Shown: positions 9,973-21,781, counted from the stretch's first letter. The stretch: 64,000 bases of DNA from an uncultured Methanoregulaceae archaeon (GCA_963717525.1 OY970343.1:32001-96000); one strand, 5' to 3'. Notes: generated from the letters alone by a model not told the origin. Made by a program: numbers and translations.

Positions 9973-12640
9973 ACCTCCGGAATCTCAAAGGGACAATCAT
10001 GATGGCAATCTGCGGAGCTGCCGCGCTCTTTGCCGCAGCCATGCTTCTCTATATCCTCGTGGTTATCTTCCTGAAAGGAGTGGCATCCCTGAACCCGCAT
10101 TTCATCCTGTTCTCTGAGATCAATACCGGGTTGGGGCTCGGGACCGGGGTCGGGAACGCCATTGCCGGCACTATTCTTCTCGCGGTCATATCCACTATCC
10201 TTGCAATCCCCTTGGGAGTGGGGACTGCAATCTATCTCAGGAAATATGCTTCCGACAACCAGTTAACCCGGTTCCTGCGGCTGATGATCGAGGTTCTCTC
10301 AGGCACCCCTTCGATCGTACTGGGGATTTTCGGCGTCGCCGTCCTTGTTATCTATCTCAAGCCCATTACCGGGGGAGAATCCCTCATCGCAGGAGCCATT
10401 GCACTTGGCGTCCTGATCATCCCGGTGATCGAACGCTCAACAGAGGAGGCACTTTCGCGCGTGCCCTGCGAACTGGAAGAGGGCAGCTATGCACTCGGCG
10501 CAACCAAATGGCTAACAGTCCGGAATATCGTCATTCCTTATGCCCTTTCGGGTATCATCGTCGGGGCCATCCTTGGATTCGGCAGGGCTGCGGAAGAATC
10601 GGCCGTCGTTCTCCTGACCGCGGGATATTCCCAGTACATGCCGCAATTCAGGATCGCAGTCAACCCGAACTTTTTACTCGGGATTAAGATATATCCGCTC
10701 AATGATCTCGTCGGATCACTACCGGTATTCCTGTACACATCCTATGAAAATTCCAATGTCTTTCCCGTATCCTCCATTTTTGCTGCCGGCTTTATCCTCA
10801 TCGTCATCGTATTGTTCATCAATCTCTCGGCAAAGGCCATCCTTTTCTATGCCACAGCAAAGACACATGGGCATCAAGGTGACCTTCTGTCTTCGTTTTG
10901 CGGATCTATTTCAGACCGGTTCCTCGGGAAACAACCCAAAGCATTACCTTCATATTCCGATGTAATAGATCCTGCACCCCCGGATGAAAAAAACACGAAA
11001 AAAGAAGATCCTGTTAGTGCCTCAATGCCTCCTCAAATTCGCCCGGTAGACCTTTCGTGGATAGACACAGATCCGTTAATTGATGAACCATCTTCGGGGG
11101 AGACAGAAACTCCCGAGCCCGCCCCACCTGCTGCCGAACCCCCAAAACCAGCCCCCAGGCCAACAAGAATAACGATCCGCTCGGTTGGGACCGGCATTGT
11201 ACGGCTCATTAACGCAATCCGCGAAAAAGTTCGCATGGTGGTACATGACAACCTGCAAAAGAAAACACCTGTAGATGCAGCTAAGGTTCGTGGCACTGCG
11301 GATCGTGCTGGATCTCTTCGGAAGACACAGTCGTTCAGTCCCTGGATGATAATAGGCCCAGTCCGCTCCTTCCTTCTTACGTTTGCCCCATTCGCACTGG
11401 TCGCAGTAATCCTGCTGGTTCTCACCATCATGCTGCCCCCCCTCTCACCAGTTGGATCGAATGGGCCGGCCTGCTGACCGTTCCCATCATGGCCCTCATC
11501 CTGTGTTTGATCGGGACGGTAAGTGCCCTTTTTCTGGTGCGGAACAGTACGCTCTTCCTGCTTCGGCACCAGAAGGGCCGAATGGGGAACCGGCGTGCCG
11601 AATTCGCCGGGATCGCGGTGGGATTCTGCATGGTTCTTATCGGGGCATTCATCTTTTCCGCCCATATCTTTTCACCCGTTCCATCACTCCAGTCCCCGGG
11701 TTCAGAAGCACCCGCAGAAAATGGAATATTCAGTTACTTCACACCGTCAGGAAACGGTGGGATATCTGCAATCATGTCATTGATACAGGACAACAGCCTG
11801 TTAGGCTTCCTCCACGGATCAGGATCTGCAGCCGCCAACTCCACAGCCTCATCCAACCGGGGCGCACAACTGGCAGCGTTTCTGGCTTCAGAAGAAACAC
11901 CGGCCGAAGTAACCCCCCAGAGCACCCTGGCAGCACTCCAGCCCTCTCCTGCTCCGTCTTCCTCTGCCCAAGCCATCTCCTCAGTCCCTCCCTCCGTTCC
12001 GGTCAAAAACGCACTCGATCTCGGCGAGTCCTATTGGTACGGCGATAACAGCCGCCCATGCCTTGCCACCGTCTACAATGTAACCGTCCTCCCGTTCTAT
12101 TTCTACTGGGATATGGACTGGAACCGGTTCGTTCAGGTAACACCGGTTTCGAGCGGCGACACGTTCCTTGTTGTTTTCATCCGCATCGAAGACACCGGAA
12201 ATATGAGTGCCATCGTGCCGCCGGCAACCAGTTTTGTCGTCACCTATAACGGCCAAACCTATTCCAATGAGCCGTATTTCGATCAGTCAGTCCTTGACCC
12301 GGACGAAATTACTTATTATACCGCAAATTTCAACGCCCTGCCCTACCAGTGGATCCGGGAGATCGGGCAGCAGAAGCGGGATTATGCCTTCCTGACCGGC
12401 TACAATGTCTTCGGGCAGAACCAGACCGTGATCTCTAACTATACCAACAGCGCAAACGCCCCCCCGACACCGCCCGATACGAATGGCCAGGGGTATTTCA
12501 TCAAGCCCGGGCGCAGCAACGCCATCGACGGCTACCTTATCTACGAAGTCCCCGATGCTGTTGCAGCGGATCTCCGGGACACGTATGTCCAGGTCTCCTT
12601 CAACAGTTTCAGCGCGACGCAATGGAGGCTGGGAAAATGA
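9969..12640 (+). CDS. pstA: PstA permease with long C-terminal extension (linker, 3 TM, extracellular DUF4352-like domain); frameshift at ~11470
   Basis: GTPSIVLG, EEGSYALGAT, GRAAEESA. Adding one C at GCC(C)TG joins ...GPA to LLTVPIMALILCL of the 11489-12640 frame. Confidence 0.75.
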
Positions 12641-12936
12641 GAATGCCGGGCTTTCTTATAAAAAGTTCACTGGTCCGCTGAAATGAGCTGGTGGCATCGA
12701 AATTGTGGATATGATGCAGCCTCTTGGACGAACCACCCGATGTAGAAACATAGAACTCTATATTCTCAATTCAAAAGATATATTTTAACCAGAAGCGTAA
12801 TCATTTGACAAATACCGGATTTTCAAAAACTGCATATGAGATCATGGGGGTTAACGTATGGCACATTGGGAACAGTATTTCACGCAAGGGATGGTTCCGA
12901 TTCCATGCGGGATGGTCTGTTTTTGAGGATCCACCA

Positions 12937-14984
12937 ATGAAAATAAAAATTCCCTTCGACAGGAAAAGGATCCGCTTACCCCGTATCAAAAAACAGGCCC
13001 GTATCCCTCTTGTTATCGGAGCGATTATCATCCTCTTCGCACTCGGTACGTATTTCCATCTCCTGCCGAGTATCGGGAGTCTTGCGCACCTGTTCGAACC
13101 CAAGGTTACCACAGATCCGCTTCAGTCCCTGGGAGATGCAGCTACGCCTCTCAGCGCAGACCTTGCAAAACCCCTTATCGCTGACTTTCTGGCTTCTCCC
13201 GGGTACCAGTCCGATCCGCTCTCCGTGCAGTTCTTCGATATGAGCCGGGTACTCCGGGGACATGGCACTGGGATTTTGGCGACAACGTAACTTCGGATCT
13301 CCAGAATCCGGTTCATGAGTACGCGGGCCCGGACATATATAATGCCACCCTGACCGTAAGCCGGGGAGATGGCACCCAAAAAACAATAACCGCATATGAT
13401 GTGCTGGATACCCGGCAGGCCGCTGAATCTCAGATGCTGGTCGATACCATCCGCACCGGAAGCATAAAAAAAGGTTCGTTTTTATCCTTTGTATCGACAG
13501 CCAGCAACTCTTCTGTGACCGTGAACGGTGCCCGGGTGCAGTTGCCGGCAGGATCGCTGGTGAAGATCCGTGCCAATGCGGACACCACCGGGACCCTCTC
13601 CCTGCGCGGCAGCAACATTCTGGGCTGTAGTCTTGCCGATGCTACCCTCTTTATGAACGGCACACAGGCTGCCCGGGGCATTTTTTCCGACTGCTTCATC
13701 CCGTCAGTACAGAGTTATCATGCAAACCTCACTTTTGCTATCGAGCCCACCTACGGGGAGGTCCGGGAGATCTTGGTAAACGGCAACGAAGTCCTTGCCG
13801 GGCCACAGAATTCCTACATCGTCGTTTCTGAGGATTCGCAAAATCCCGGAAAGGATCTGACAGTTGTTGCAGTCCCCGGATACTATGAGGGGAGTGCGTC
13901 CCGTTACTCCATATCGCCCGCATTGATCGCCAGTTTCGTCACTGCTTCTTCCTTAGAAGGCAGCGCCCCCCTCAATGTCTCGTTTCTGGATCGCTCGGCC
14001 GGCTCACCGGATTCATGGTTATGGGATTTCGGGGATGGCACCAGTTCCCAGGAACAGAATCCTACACACCTTTATGGCTCCCCGGGATCCTACGATGTCT
14101 CTCTGACCGTGAAAAACGAGGACCAGACCGATAGCACCGCACTCCAGAACGCGGTAATTGTCACGCCTCCCCGGGTCGTCGCTAACTTTACTGCTAGTCC
14201 GCTCACCGGCCCGGAGCCCCTCACCGTCAGGTTTACCGATCAATCCACCGGGTTCCCGACATCGTGGAACTGGACCTTCCAGGAAACCTCGTGGAATATG
14301 ACCTTCTATAACACCGGCAGCACTATTTATGACACCTCTACAAACCAGAATCCTACAGAAACCTTCACAGATCCTGGCACCTATGACGTCTGGTTGACGG
14401 TCAACAACGTCTACGGCAGCAGCGACATAATCAGGCCAGGGTATGTCGTCGTTACTTCACCCTACAATATTTCGACCGATGATATCCTTGTCAAGACCGG
14501 AAAACCCGGCTATATCGAACAGGATTCAAGCGTCCAGTTTATCGTGAGCAACACACCGGCGGCCATCACCATCAACGGGACCTACTATGATCTGCCGAAA
14601 GGTGCGGTTGTACGGATCGTAGCCGGGAGCGACCAGCAAGGCGATATCACCATCGACAGCAACCGGATCCTCAAATTTGCCTTCCCGGACATGGCAGTCT
14701 ACATGAACGGTAATCTCCTTGCCGGTGGGAGGATCGACAGCATCTATATCCCGTACATGATGCAGTTCCAGACCGGCCTGACCTATTATTTCTCGCCCAA
14801 TTCGGCCCAGACATATGAGGCCATCAATGGGCAGCAGTACCTTTCCGATTTGGACAATGCCTGGATCCGTATCTACGACCTAGGTATAAACAAACAGGGA
14901 ACACTCTCCCTGATTTCAGGCAAAAACACAACCTATATCGAAGGGGCCGATAACCAGACGGTTCAGGACTGGATTCTCCAGTGA
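12937..14984 (+). CDS. membrane-anchored multi-PKD surface protein; frameshift at ~13249
   Basis: TM anchor. Restoring one G gives SRGTPGTWHWDFGDN...QNPVHEY, in frame with 13401-14984. Further PKD units (WLWDFGDG, WNWTF). Confidence 0.8.
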
Positions 14985-15214
14985 GATGGATCCGCCTAAG
15001 ACTATGCTAGGAAAGTTCTGTCAGCAATGTCGGGCTTTCGCAAAGAGTGGTGTGAACGCAGCCACATTTTTCGATCGAATATACATCCGATCCCTGCATA
15101 CGCTTTTGGATGAATTTATCAGAAACAAACGTTTGAACCGGAACTGTGCGATGCACGTGATACCGTACAGGAAAACCTTCCATGAAACCGGAATTTAAAA
15201 AAATGTAATAAAAA

Positions 15215-15853
15215 TCACTGGCGCTGCTGCAGGAGATGCGCCATTGCCGTAATATTTGAGAGCGCGTCATCCCCATCTTCAAGAGAGGATAATCCCAAGG
15301 CCTTCGCATCCATGGCGGCAGTGCGCAGCGAGTCATCCCGGAAATCCGGATCATCTACGGACAGATATCCGGTGAGATCCCGGTTATAATCAACGAAGTG
15401 CTGTTGTGCGTTGCTCATATCGATGGAATAGATTTTCATCTCCTGTGCCAGCAGGCCGGTGAGCTGGAGGGAGTCCGGATCATTCCCGAACGTAAGGGAT
15501 GAGGTGGCGGATGAAAACGTATCGGTTGCAGATCCCAGTACGGCACTAGCAGCACCCCATTGGCCGATTGCCTGCTGGTCAGCTGCCACATCTCGCCGCA
15601 GTGCAACTGGATCGGAAGAGGGGGCGGCAGTGTCGCGGTTATAAGCATCAACGGTATTTCCGATTTGGGTGAGAGCGGAACTGACCTGGCTGTAATAGGT
15701 ACCCTGCTGATCTGCCCAGGAATTATAGTCCTGGATGACTACTGTTGTATTATGGGTATCACTCATCCGGGGAGTGGTACACCCGGCGGCTAACAGTGTG
15801 CACCCGACCAGAAAAAGGAGCAGGAAAAACCCACTGGATCGTTCCATCATCAC
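15215..15853 (-). CDS. predicted lipoprotein, helical
   Basis: Hydrophobic signal ending in an LAAGC lipobox. Confidence 0.65.
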   Translation of the reverse strand: MMMERSSGFFLLLFLVGCTLLAAGCTTPRMSDTHNTTVVIQDYNSWADQQGTYYSQVSSALTQIGNTVDAYNRDTAAPSSDPVALRRDVAADQQAIGQWGAASAVLGSATDTFSSATSSLTFGNDPDSLQLTGLLAQEMKIYSIDMSNAQQHFVDYNRDLTGYLSVDDPDFRDDSLRTAAMDAKALGLSSLEDGDDALSNITAMAHLLQQRQ

Positions 15854-15987
15854 TAACTATAGGGATGGCTTTTTCTTCAATCTTTCGTCTATTTTTAAAA
15901 TTTATTTCTTACTCGCAAAGACCATACCCATAAATAATGATAATCGATAATAGAATAATTTAAGACTATAGTAAATCAAATAAAAAT

Positions 15988-17319
15988 ATGTATAAACTGG
16001 GAACGGTTATCTGTCTCTTCGTCGTTATGCTGGTCTGGGCATGCGGCTGTACTTCCGTTCCCGCGTCAGGTACCGCACAGGCGGGACCGTCTGTGGCGAC
16101 ACCCACGCTGCCGGCGATGTATGTTGCCGGGGAAACGACACTCACGGCAGGGAGTGCCACGATCACATCGACGCCGATACCGGCGAACGCAACAGCCGCA
16201 AATATCGTTGGCGCACAAGTGAACACAACCCTCACGGAAGTTACGATAGCCTGCACGGGGCAAACCTGTACCAGCGGCACAACCAATAGTACCATATCCG
16301 GTTCCAGCACTACCACGGTGAGTGCCCCGGTGAGCGCCATTGCCGCCAACGTGACCATGGCATATGTCAAACAAAACCCGGACGTTGCAATCCAGTTTAC
16401 CGACTCCTCTTCAAACACCCCTCCGTATTCATGGATGTGGAGCTGGCGGCCGGCGGCAAACCTGACCTACGAGAGTGACCCGAGCATCGTTCTCGTCTTT
16501 AACCAGTATGGGAACTACATGGTAACCCGGAGTGTTTCAAACAGCGTGGGAACCTCAAGTTCATCAACAAATGTCTCCGTCTGTCCCCTTGTAGCCTCCT
16601 TTACCACAAACCAGACCACCGGCCCGGTACCACTCTCCGTCAGGTTCACCGACACTTCGACCGATCAGCCCGTCTCTTGGCTCTGGAACTTCGGCGATGG
16701 GAGTGCCTCGACCTTACAGAACCCGGTGCATACGTTTACCGTATCGGGTACGTTTACCGTGAGACTTGATGCAACAAACAGCCTGGGCTCCTGCTGGAAT
16801 ACGACCGGGATCTCGGTATCATCACTGGCAGCATCTTTTACCCAGAATCAGACTACCGGCCTTGTCCCGCTCGCTGTCCAGTTCACCGACACTTCGACCG
16901 ATCAGCCCGTCTCCTGGCTCTGGAACTTCGGTGATGGGAGTGCCTCGACCTTACAGAACCCGGTGCACACATATACGACTGCAGGTGTATACCTGGTCAA
17001 CCTCAGCGCATCCAACGGGTATGACGGCATGATGAGTGCGCAGCCAGTAAAGATCACGATCTGGTCCCTTCCCACCGCTTCTTTCACAGCAAGCCCGGTA
17101 ACCGGGATGCCGGGAACCTCCGTGCTTTTCAGTGACCAGAGCACCGGCTTTCCCTCCCCAGCATTCTGGTATTGGGACTTTGGCGACGGGTACACCAGCA
17201 GCCAGCAGAATCCCTCGCACCAGTATGTTAATGCCGGGACATACAATGTCAGCCATTCAGCAACAAATGCGCAGGGCATCACGTGGCTGAACAAGACCGC
17301 TTACATCACCATATCATGA
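15988..17319 (+). CDS. PKD-repeat lipoprotein (about 4 PKD domains, Thr-rich stalk)
   Basis: WACGC lipobox; repeated FTDTST..P.SWLWNFGDG..STLQNP.H. Confidence 0.85.
   Translation: MYKLGTVICLFVVMLVWACGCTSVPASGTAQAGPSVATPTLPAMYVAGETTLTAGSATITSTPIPANATAANIVGAQVNTTLTEVTIACTGQTCTSGTTNSTISGSSTTTVSAPVSAIAANVTMAYVKQNPDVAIQFTDSSSNTPPYSWMWSWRPAANLTYESDPSIVLVFNQYGNYMVTRSVSNSVGTSSSSTNVSVCPLVASFTTNQTTGPVPLSVRFTDTSTDQPVSWLWNFGDGSASTLQNPVHTFTVSGTFTVRLDATNSLGSCWNTTGISVSSLAASFTQNQTTGLVPLAVQFTDTSTDQPVSWLWNFGDGSASTLQNPVHTYTTAGVYLVNLSASNGYDGMMSAQPVKITIWSLPTASFTASPVTGMPGTSVLFSDQSTGFPSPAFWYWDFGDGYTSSQQNPSHQYVNAGTYNVSHSATNAQGITWLNKTAYITIS
16644..16967 (+). repeat. 87-bp direct repeat (2 copies, 237-bp period) encoding the PKD core
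   Basis: 16644-16730 vs 16881-16967 differ at two synonymous positions. Confidence 0.85.
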
Positions 17320-19490
17320 CACCCAAACCCTTGTCAGGCCGGCTTTCATCATTGTTCAGCACCGGAGGAGAGCCAGACGCTTCCCGACCGGACACTGATG
17401 CAGATGATACGCTATCCTCTGACGGCGTGCAAAAAGAAGATCACGGAACCGACGAACCTGACCTTGGAGACAAAGGGATTGGCCGCCAGCCGGAAAACCG
17501 GCGACCCGGTTCACGGATACAGAAGTTTTTCCTGTACTTCATTGAACCGGAACTGAAGCCGGAACAGCTACCTGATGTCTCCCGTACACAGGTAAAGAAA
17601 CCACGGGAAAAAAAGCCTTCCGTTCCTGTCAAAGAGAGGATCAGGGAACAGCTGGCCTCCCTGAGAAAATTGGGCCTGAAAATATCCCTCTATTTCATAG
17701 AACCCGTTGAAGAGGAGACAACGGGCATACAGGCCGAAGAGGTGCAGGCACTTCCGGAAACTGCAGCTGAAACCCTCCCTTCCATACCGGATCAGGCCAA
17801 CCTTGCGCTGTCTGTTACCGATGTGGTTCAGGCACCTGACAAACAGGTTCCCCCTCCCTCATTCATGCAGAGAATCCGGTCACTTTTGGCGTCCCCGGAA
17901 CAGAAGGAGATCCAGACGCTCGATTTCGATCCGGGTGTCCTTGACACCCCCTCCCTTGAAGGATCGCTGCGCGATGTCAATATCACCTACCTGATCGATC
18001 CCCCTTACCAATACGTCCATATCGAGTACAACAAAAAAGAGGGGTCTTTGATATATGATGTAGTCGAGCCGCAGCTCTCCGAGGATGAGAAGGTCGCTCT
18101 CGATATTATCGAGCGGGCCTTTGAGAAACTGGTGAGCACCAACCTCGAAATTATTGAAGGTGATCGGCGGACTGAATACCTCCGGGAACGGTTCTACTCA
18201 CTGGTCAACATCTTCGGGCTCAAACTCTCGGAACACCAGAAAGAGAGGATGTTTTTTACCCTCAAAAGGCAGTATCTCGGCTACAGCCGCATCGACACCC
18301 TGATGAAGGACAAGTATATCGAGGATATCAGCTGCAACGGTTCGGATATCTTCCTGTACGTCCAGCACCGTATCTATGGCTCAATCCGTACCAATGTGAA
18401 ATTCGGGGAGGTCGAGCTCAACAACTTCGTCCTGAAGCTGGCACAAGTCGGCGGCAGGCATATCTCGCTCCTCCAGCCCATCCGTGACGTTTCGCTGCCG
18501 GACGGGAGCCGGGGGAACCTGACCCTCGGCGGAGAGGTAACCAGAAAAGGATCGACATTTACCATCCGTAAATTCCGTGCAAACCCCATCTCGCCCATCG
18601 AAATGATGGACTACCACTCTGTCGATGCGATGGAGCTTGCATACCTATGGATCCTGATGGAATACAAGCGCTCGATCCTCGTCTCAGGGGGGACGGCGAC
18701 CGGGAAGACCACGTTTTTAAACGTGTTGTGCAGTTTCATTCCTCCCGAGTACAAGATCGTCTCCATCGAGGACACAGCAGAACTTAACCTAATGCACCCT
18801 AACTGGATTCAGTCCATCACCCGGGCCGGGTTCGGTAGTACCAGCGGTGGAGAGTCTGTATCTGGGTTGAGTGGTGTGTCGGCAAAAACCCCCGGGGATA
18901 TCTCGCTCTACGACCTGCTCGTCGCGGCACTGCGACAGCGCCCCGAGTTCATCATCGTAGGGGAGGTGCGGGGGAGCGAAGCGTTTACGCTCTTCCAGGC
19001 AATTGCCGTAGGGCATGCGGCTCTTGGGACTATCCACGCCGGTTCCATGGACGAGCTTCTCGCCCGCGTGGAGTCTAACCCTATGAATGTCCCACGAAGC
19101 CTCTTCTCCAACCTCGATGTGGTGATCTTTCCCATGCATATCAAGAAAGGGGAGCGGAGCATGCGGCGTTTGTCAAATATCATCGAGATGCTGGAACTCG
19201 ACCGGGATTCAGGAGATCTTATCACGAATACGGCTTTCAAATGGCTCCCTGATGTCGATGAGTTCCAGTTCCAGGGCCGGAGTTTCCTCTTTGACAAGAT
19301 CCGGGACACCCACGGGGTAAGTAAAGATCTCCTCAACCAGGAGCTCAAAGACCGGACAGCATTCCTGCGTGGCCTGCAGAAAGCAGGGATCCGGGAGTAT
19401 AATGCGGTGACTGAACAGATCCGGGCATATTACCGGGATAAACCGGCTGTGATGAAGCAGGTCGAGGGTTCATCGGAAATTGTAGGGTAG
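17316..19490 (+). CDS. type IV pilus / type II-IV secretion ATPase (VirB11/FlaI/PilB-like) with long disordered N-terminus
   Basis: IEDISCNG, TFTIRKF, Walker A GGTATGKTT, SIEDTAEL, LRQRPEFIIVGEVRG, GHAALGTIHA. ATGA overlap with the upstream stop. Confidence 0.92.
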   Translation: MTPKPLSGRLSSLFSTGGEPDASRPDTDADDTLSSDGVQKEDHGTDEPDLGDKGIGRQPENRRPGSRIQKFFLYFIEPELKPEQLPDVSRTQVKKPREKKPSVPVKERIREQLASLRKLGLKISLYFIEPVEEETTGIQAEEVQALPETAAETLPSIPDQANLALSVTDVVQAPDKQVPPPSFMQRIRSLLASPEQKEIQTLDFDPGVLDTPSLEGSLRDVNITYLIDPPYQYVHIEYNKKEGSLIYDVVEPQLSEDEKVALDIIERAFEKLVSTNLEIIEGDRRTEYLRERFYSLVNIFGLKLSEHQKERMFFTLKRQYLGYSRIDTLMKDKYIEDISCNGSDIFLYVQHRIYGSIRTNVKFGEVELNNFVLKLAQVGGRHISLLQPIRDVSLPDGSRGNLTLGGEVTRKGSTFTIRKFRANPISPIEMMDYHSVDAMELAYLWILMEYKRSILVSGGTATGKTTFLNVLCSFIPPEYKIVSIEDTAELNLMHPNWIQSITRAGFGSTSGGESVSGLSGVSAKTPGDISLYDLLVAALRQRPEFIIVGEVRGSEAFTLFQAIAVGHAALGTIHAGSMDELLARVESNPMNVPRSLFSNLDVVIFPMHIKKGERSMRRLSNIIEMLELDRDSGDLITNTAFKWLPDVDEFQFQGRSFLFDKIRDTHGVSKDLLNQELKDRTAFLRGLQKAGIREYNAVTEQIRAYYRDKPAVMKQVEGSSEIVG

Positions 19491-19644
19491 TGCCCTTTTT
19501 TGGGACTCGTTTTCAATTTTTTCTCGCCTTGCTGAAAGAACGGTTCATGCTCTCAAAAAGGAGAGAAGAAGTTTTGCCCTTCTTTTCCCGTGTGGCTTGA
19601 CCGATACGCAACAGGTGCAATCCCTTATGTACGATCTTAATTAA

Positions 19645-20809
19645 TTAGGAGGTATTCGCAACCGCCAGCTCGATGGGAGATAATTGCCCTGAGACGATCT
19701 TAATCGTGCCGTTACCGCTCATGACCTCTACACTGTCGTTTCCATTGGGATCTGTCATTCCCTCATACTTACTCAGAGTCAAATCCCCGAACTGGTTGTA
19801 CTCCACGATATAGTTCACGGATAAGTTGGATACGCCAATACCGTGAATATCTTTGATGGTGACATTCACCCACCCCGGTACAACAGGAACGGCATACAAA
19901 TTGGCCGGGGGAAAACTGCGGATCGGCTGGAATACTGATATAATTTGATGTTGCCATCATACCTGTGTTGTCGGTGACCGTGAGGTTCACGCAGAACGGC
20001 CCTATACTTGGAGGGTTATACCGGGTAACTTTCCCTGTTGAATAATTTGCGGGGTTTGTAAGGGTGCCGCCACAGTTACCTCCTGCAGGAGACGCATCCA
20101 CGATGCTCCAGTTCCATAGATTAATGGTGTTATCCGAGGTGGATTGCGAACCATCCAGTACCAGCACATCGCGTTGCAATTCTCCGAGATTTTCTGTAGC
20201 GATACTGGACTGGATAACAGGGTTAGGGGATTTATAGGTTTGTTCGAAGAAGTTATTGAGTGATGTCATGATCATGATCTTGATCTGAGCATTGGTGCCG
20301 ATGAACAATGGGGAATTTGGAAAGCCATTGGTAAAATTGATCTGAATTTCCTGACTCTGGGTTCCGGGGATGTCCAGGTTGAAGGTACCCAGAGAGGATT
20401 GGTTATACGTTTGTTGTTGCGGTTGGCCATTGAGTGTTGCATTGATCACGGTAATATTACTGACATATTGGGCGTTGCTTGATCCGGAGCTTGATACGGC
20501 AATGGCGACAATATCAACATCGTCAGTATTCAGGTTCACCAGGTGAAGAGTAACCGAACTCCAGTTTCCCGAATTTGTAATGTTATACGGGGTCTGGTTC
20601 CAGACGGTAGGATCGTTTTGGAAACTCACGCTGGAGAACTGGACACTCTCGGCTTTTACCGCCGCGAGATGTGATTGCTGAGTCATCTCGGCTTTCTGCA
20701 TCTGCGAGACCATGAGAGCAAGGGCGGCAGCGGCAGTCACTGTGATCAGGATCAGGAGGAGGGTCCCGATGATAACAGAAACACCCTGATCATTGTGCGG
20801 CCGGGTCAT
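19645..20809 (-). CDS. large type IV pilin/adhesin with PKD-like domain; frameshift at ~19905
   Basis: HNDQG|VSVIIGTLLLILITV class III signal; LVLDGSQS...WNWSI...VNLTVTDNTG. The C-terminus continues in the 19645-19899 frame. Confidence 0.8.
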
Positions 20810-21277
20810 GGAATATCACCGGAATATTCGTCATCCTCGGATAAATTACTTGCCTATTTTTTATATATCTGACTATACTATATGTCTATATCTCTATATT
20901 TATTCTAAAGGGCGTCAACGCTTTGTTTATGACATAGGCTGGAACAACACTGCAGGTCTTCTTGTAGGAATTCTGTATTATTATGATTCGTACTTCTAGG
21001 AAATTCCTGAAATTGACATAAGTCAAGCGCCAAAATTATTTGATATGCAATATAACGATCCCACTGATAATACCTCTCTAACTTGGGAATATAATCTTCC
21101 TAGATAGCATGATAGTTCGGATATGCTTTTGCGATTACGGCTGATGGCGAATTTTTCATTTCGGAGGAATTTGTATATCAACCGCAGACGCAACAGAACC
21201 GCAATTTTTCATATATCTTTTTTTGTAAAGCGAGCACAGAAACCCATCCAAAAGAGAGAGTTGTTTCGTGATGAAGA

Positions 21278-21658
21278 TCATTTTGGCTTGCACGTTGTAT
21301 GATGCGATGTGCTGAACGCTTCTTTCAATATTGGGTAAATCTCCGTCTTCCAGTTAGATTGGTTGGAGGAAAAATACATGGGCCTTCCGCAGGCAGGACA
21401 AGGAACATTGAACCGTCTTTCAGTTGCCAATACTTTGTTTAGTTCTTCAAGCTCGTGTATTTTTTTTACCAGTGCAGATGTTTCCCGATTGGGATCCATC
21501 ATGTCGTGAACAAAATGAGTCATCCACGTTGAAAGAGGTATGTCGGAAGCCTTTATGATCGCGTCCAGCTTTTCCTTATCTCCTTTTTTCAGTCTGAATG
21601 TAATTGAAGGATTATTCATACGATATTTTTTTTGCGACGGGAACTCCTTTCCTTTCAT
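21278..21658 (-). CDS. ribbon-helix-helix-like DNA-binding protein with C-terminal Zn finger
   Basis: PSITFRLKKGDKEKLDAII...LSTWM (RHH-like); CPACG...HTTC. Confidence 0.55.
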   Translation of the reverse strand: MKGKEFPSQKKYRMNNPSITFRLKKGDKEKLDAIIKASDIPLSTWMTHFVHDMMDPNRETSALVKKIHELEELNKVLATERRFNVPCPACGRPMYFSSNQSNWKTEIYPILKEAFSTSHHTTCKPK

Positions 21659-21697
21659 AATCAGGCTCCGGAAATCAGACAACCGATCTGTATCCAG

Positions 21698-21781
21698 CAA
21701 TCTATACAGAAATCATTACGACAGTCGACAGGACAATCTGTATGGCAATCTGTATGGCAATCTGAATGGAAATCGATATAT
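21698..21781. repeat. degenerate 12-bp tandem array (7 units, core CAATCTGTATGG)
   Basis: caatctatacag aaatcattacga cagtcgacagga caatctgtatgg caatctgtatgg caatctgaatgg aaatcgatatat. Confidence 0.75.

Noticed and set aside
17316..20809. Archaellum operon
   Set aside because: No flaF/G/H/J cluster or chemotaxis genes, and the pilin-signal proteins lack the archaellin GIGTLIVFIAM-type N-terminus.
21698..21781. CRISPR array (also prompted by the Cas4-like gene)
   Set aside because: The units are 12 bp and contiguous with no spacers, and no repeat-spacer array was seen anywhere in the window.
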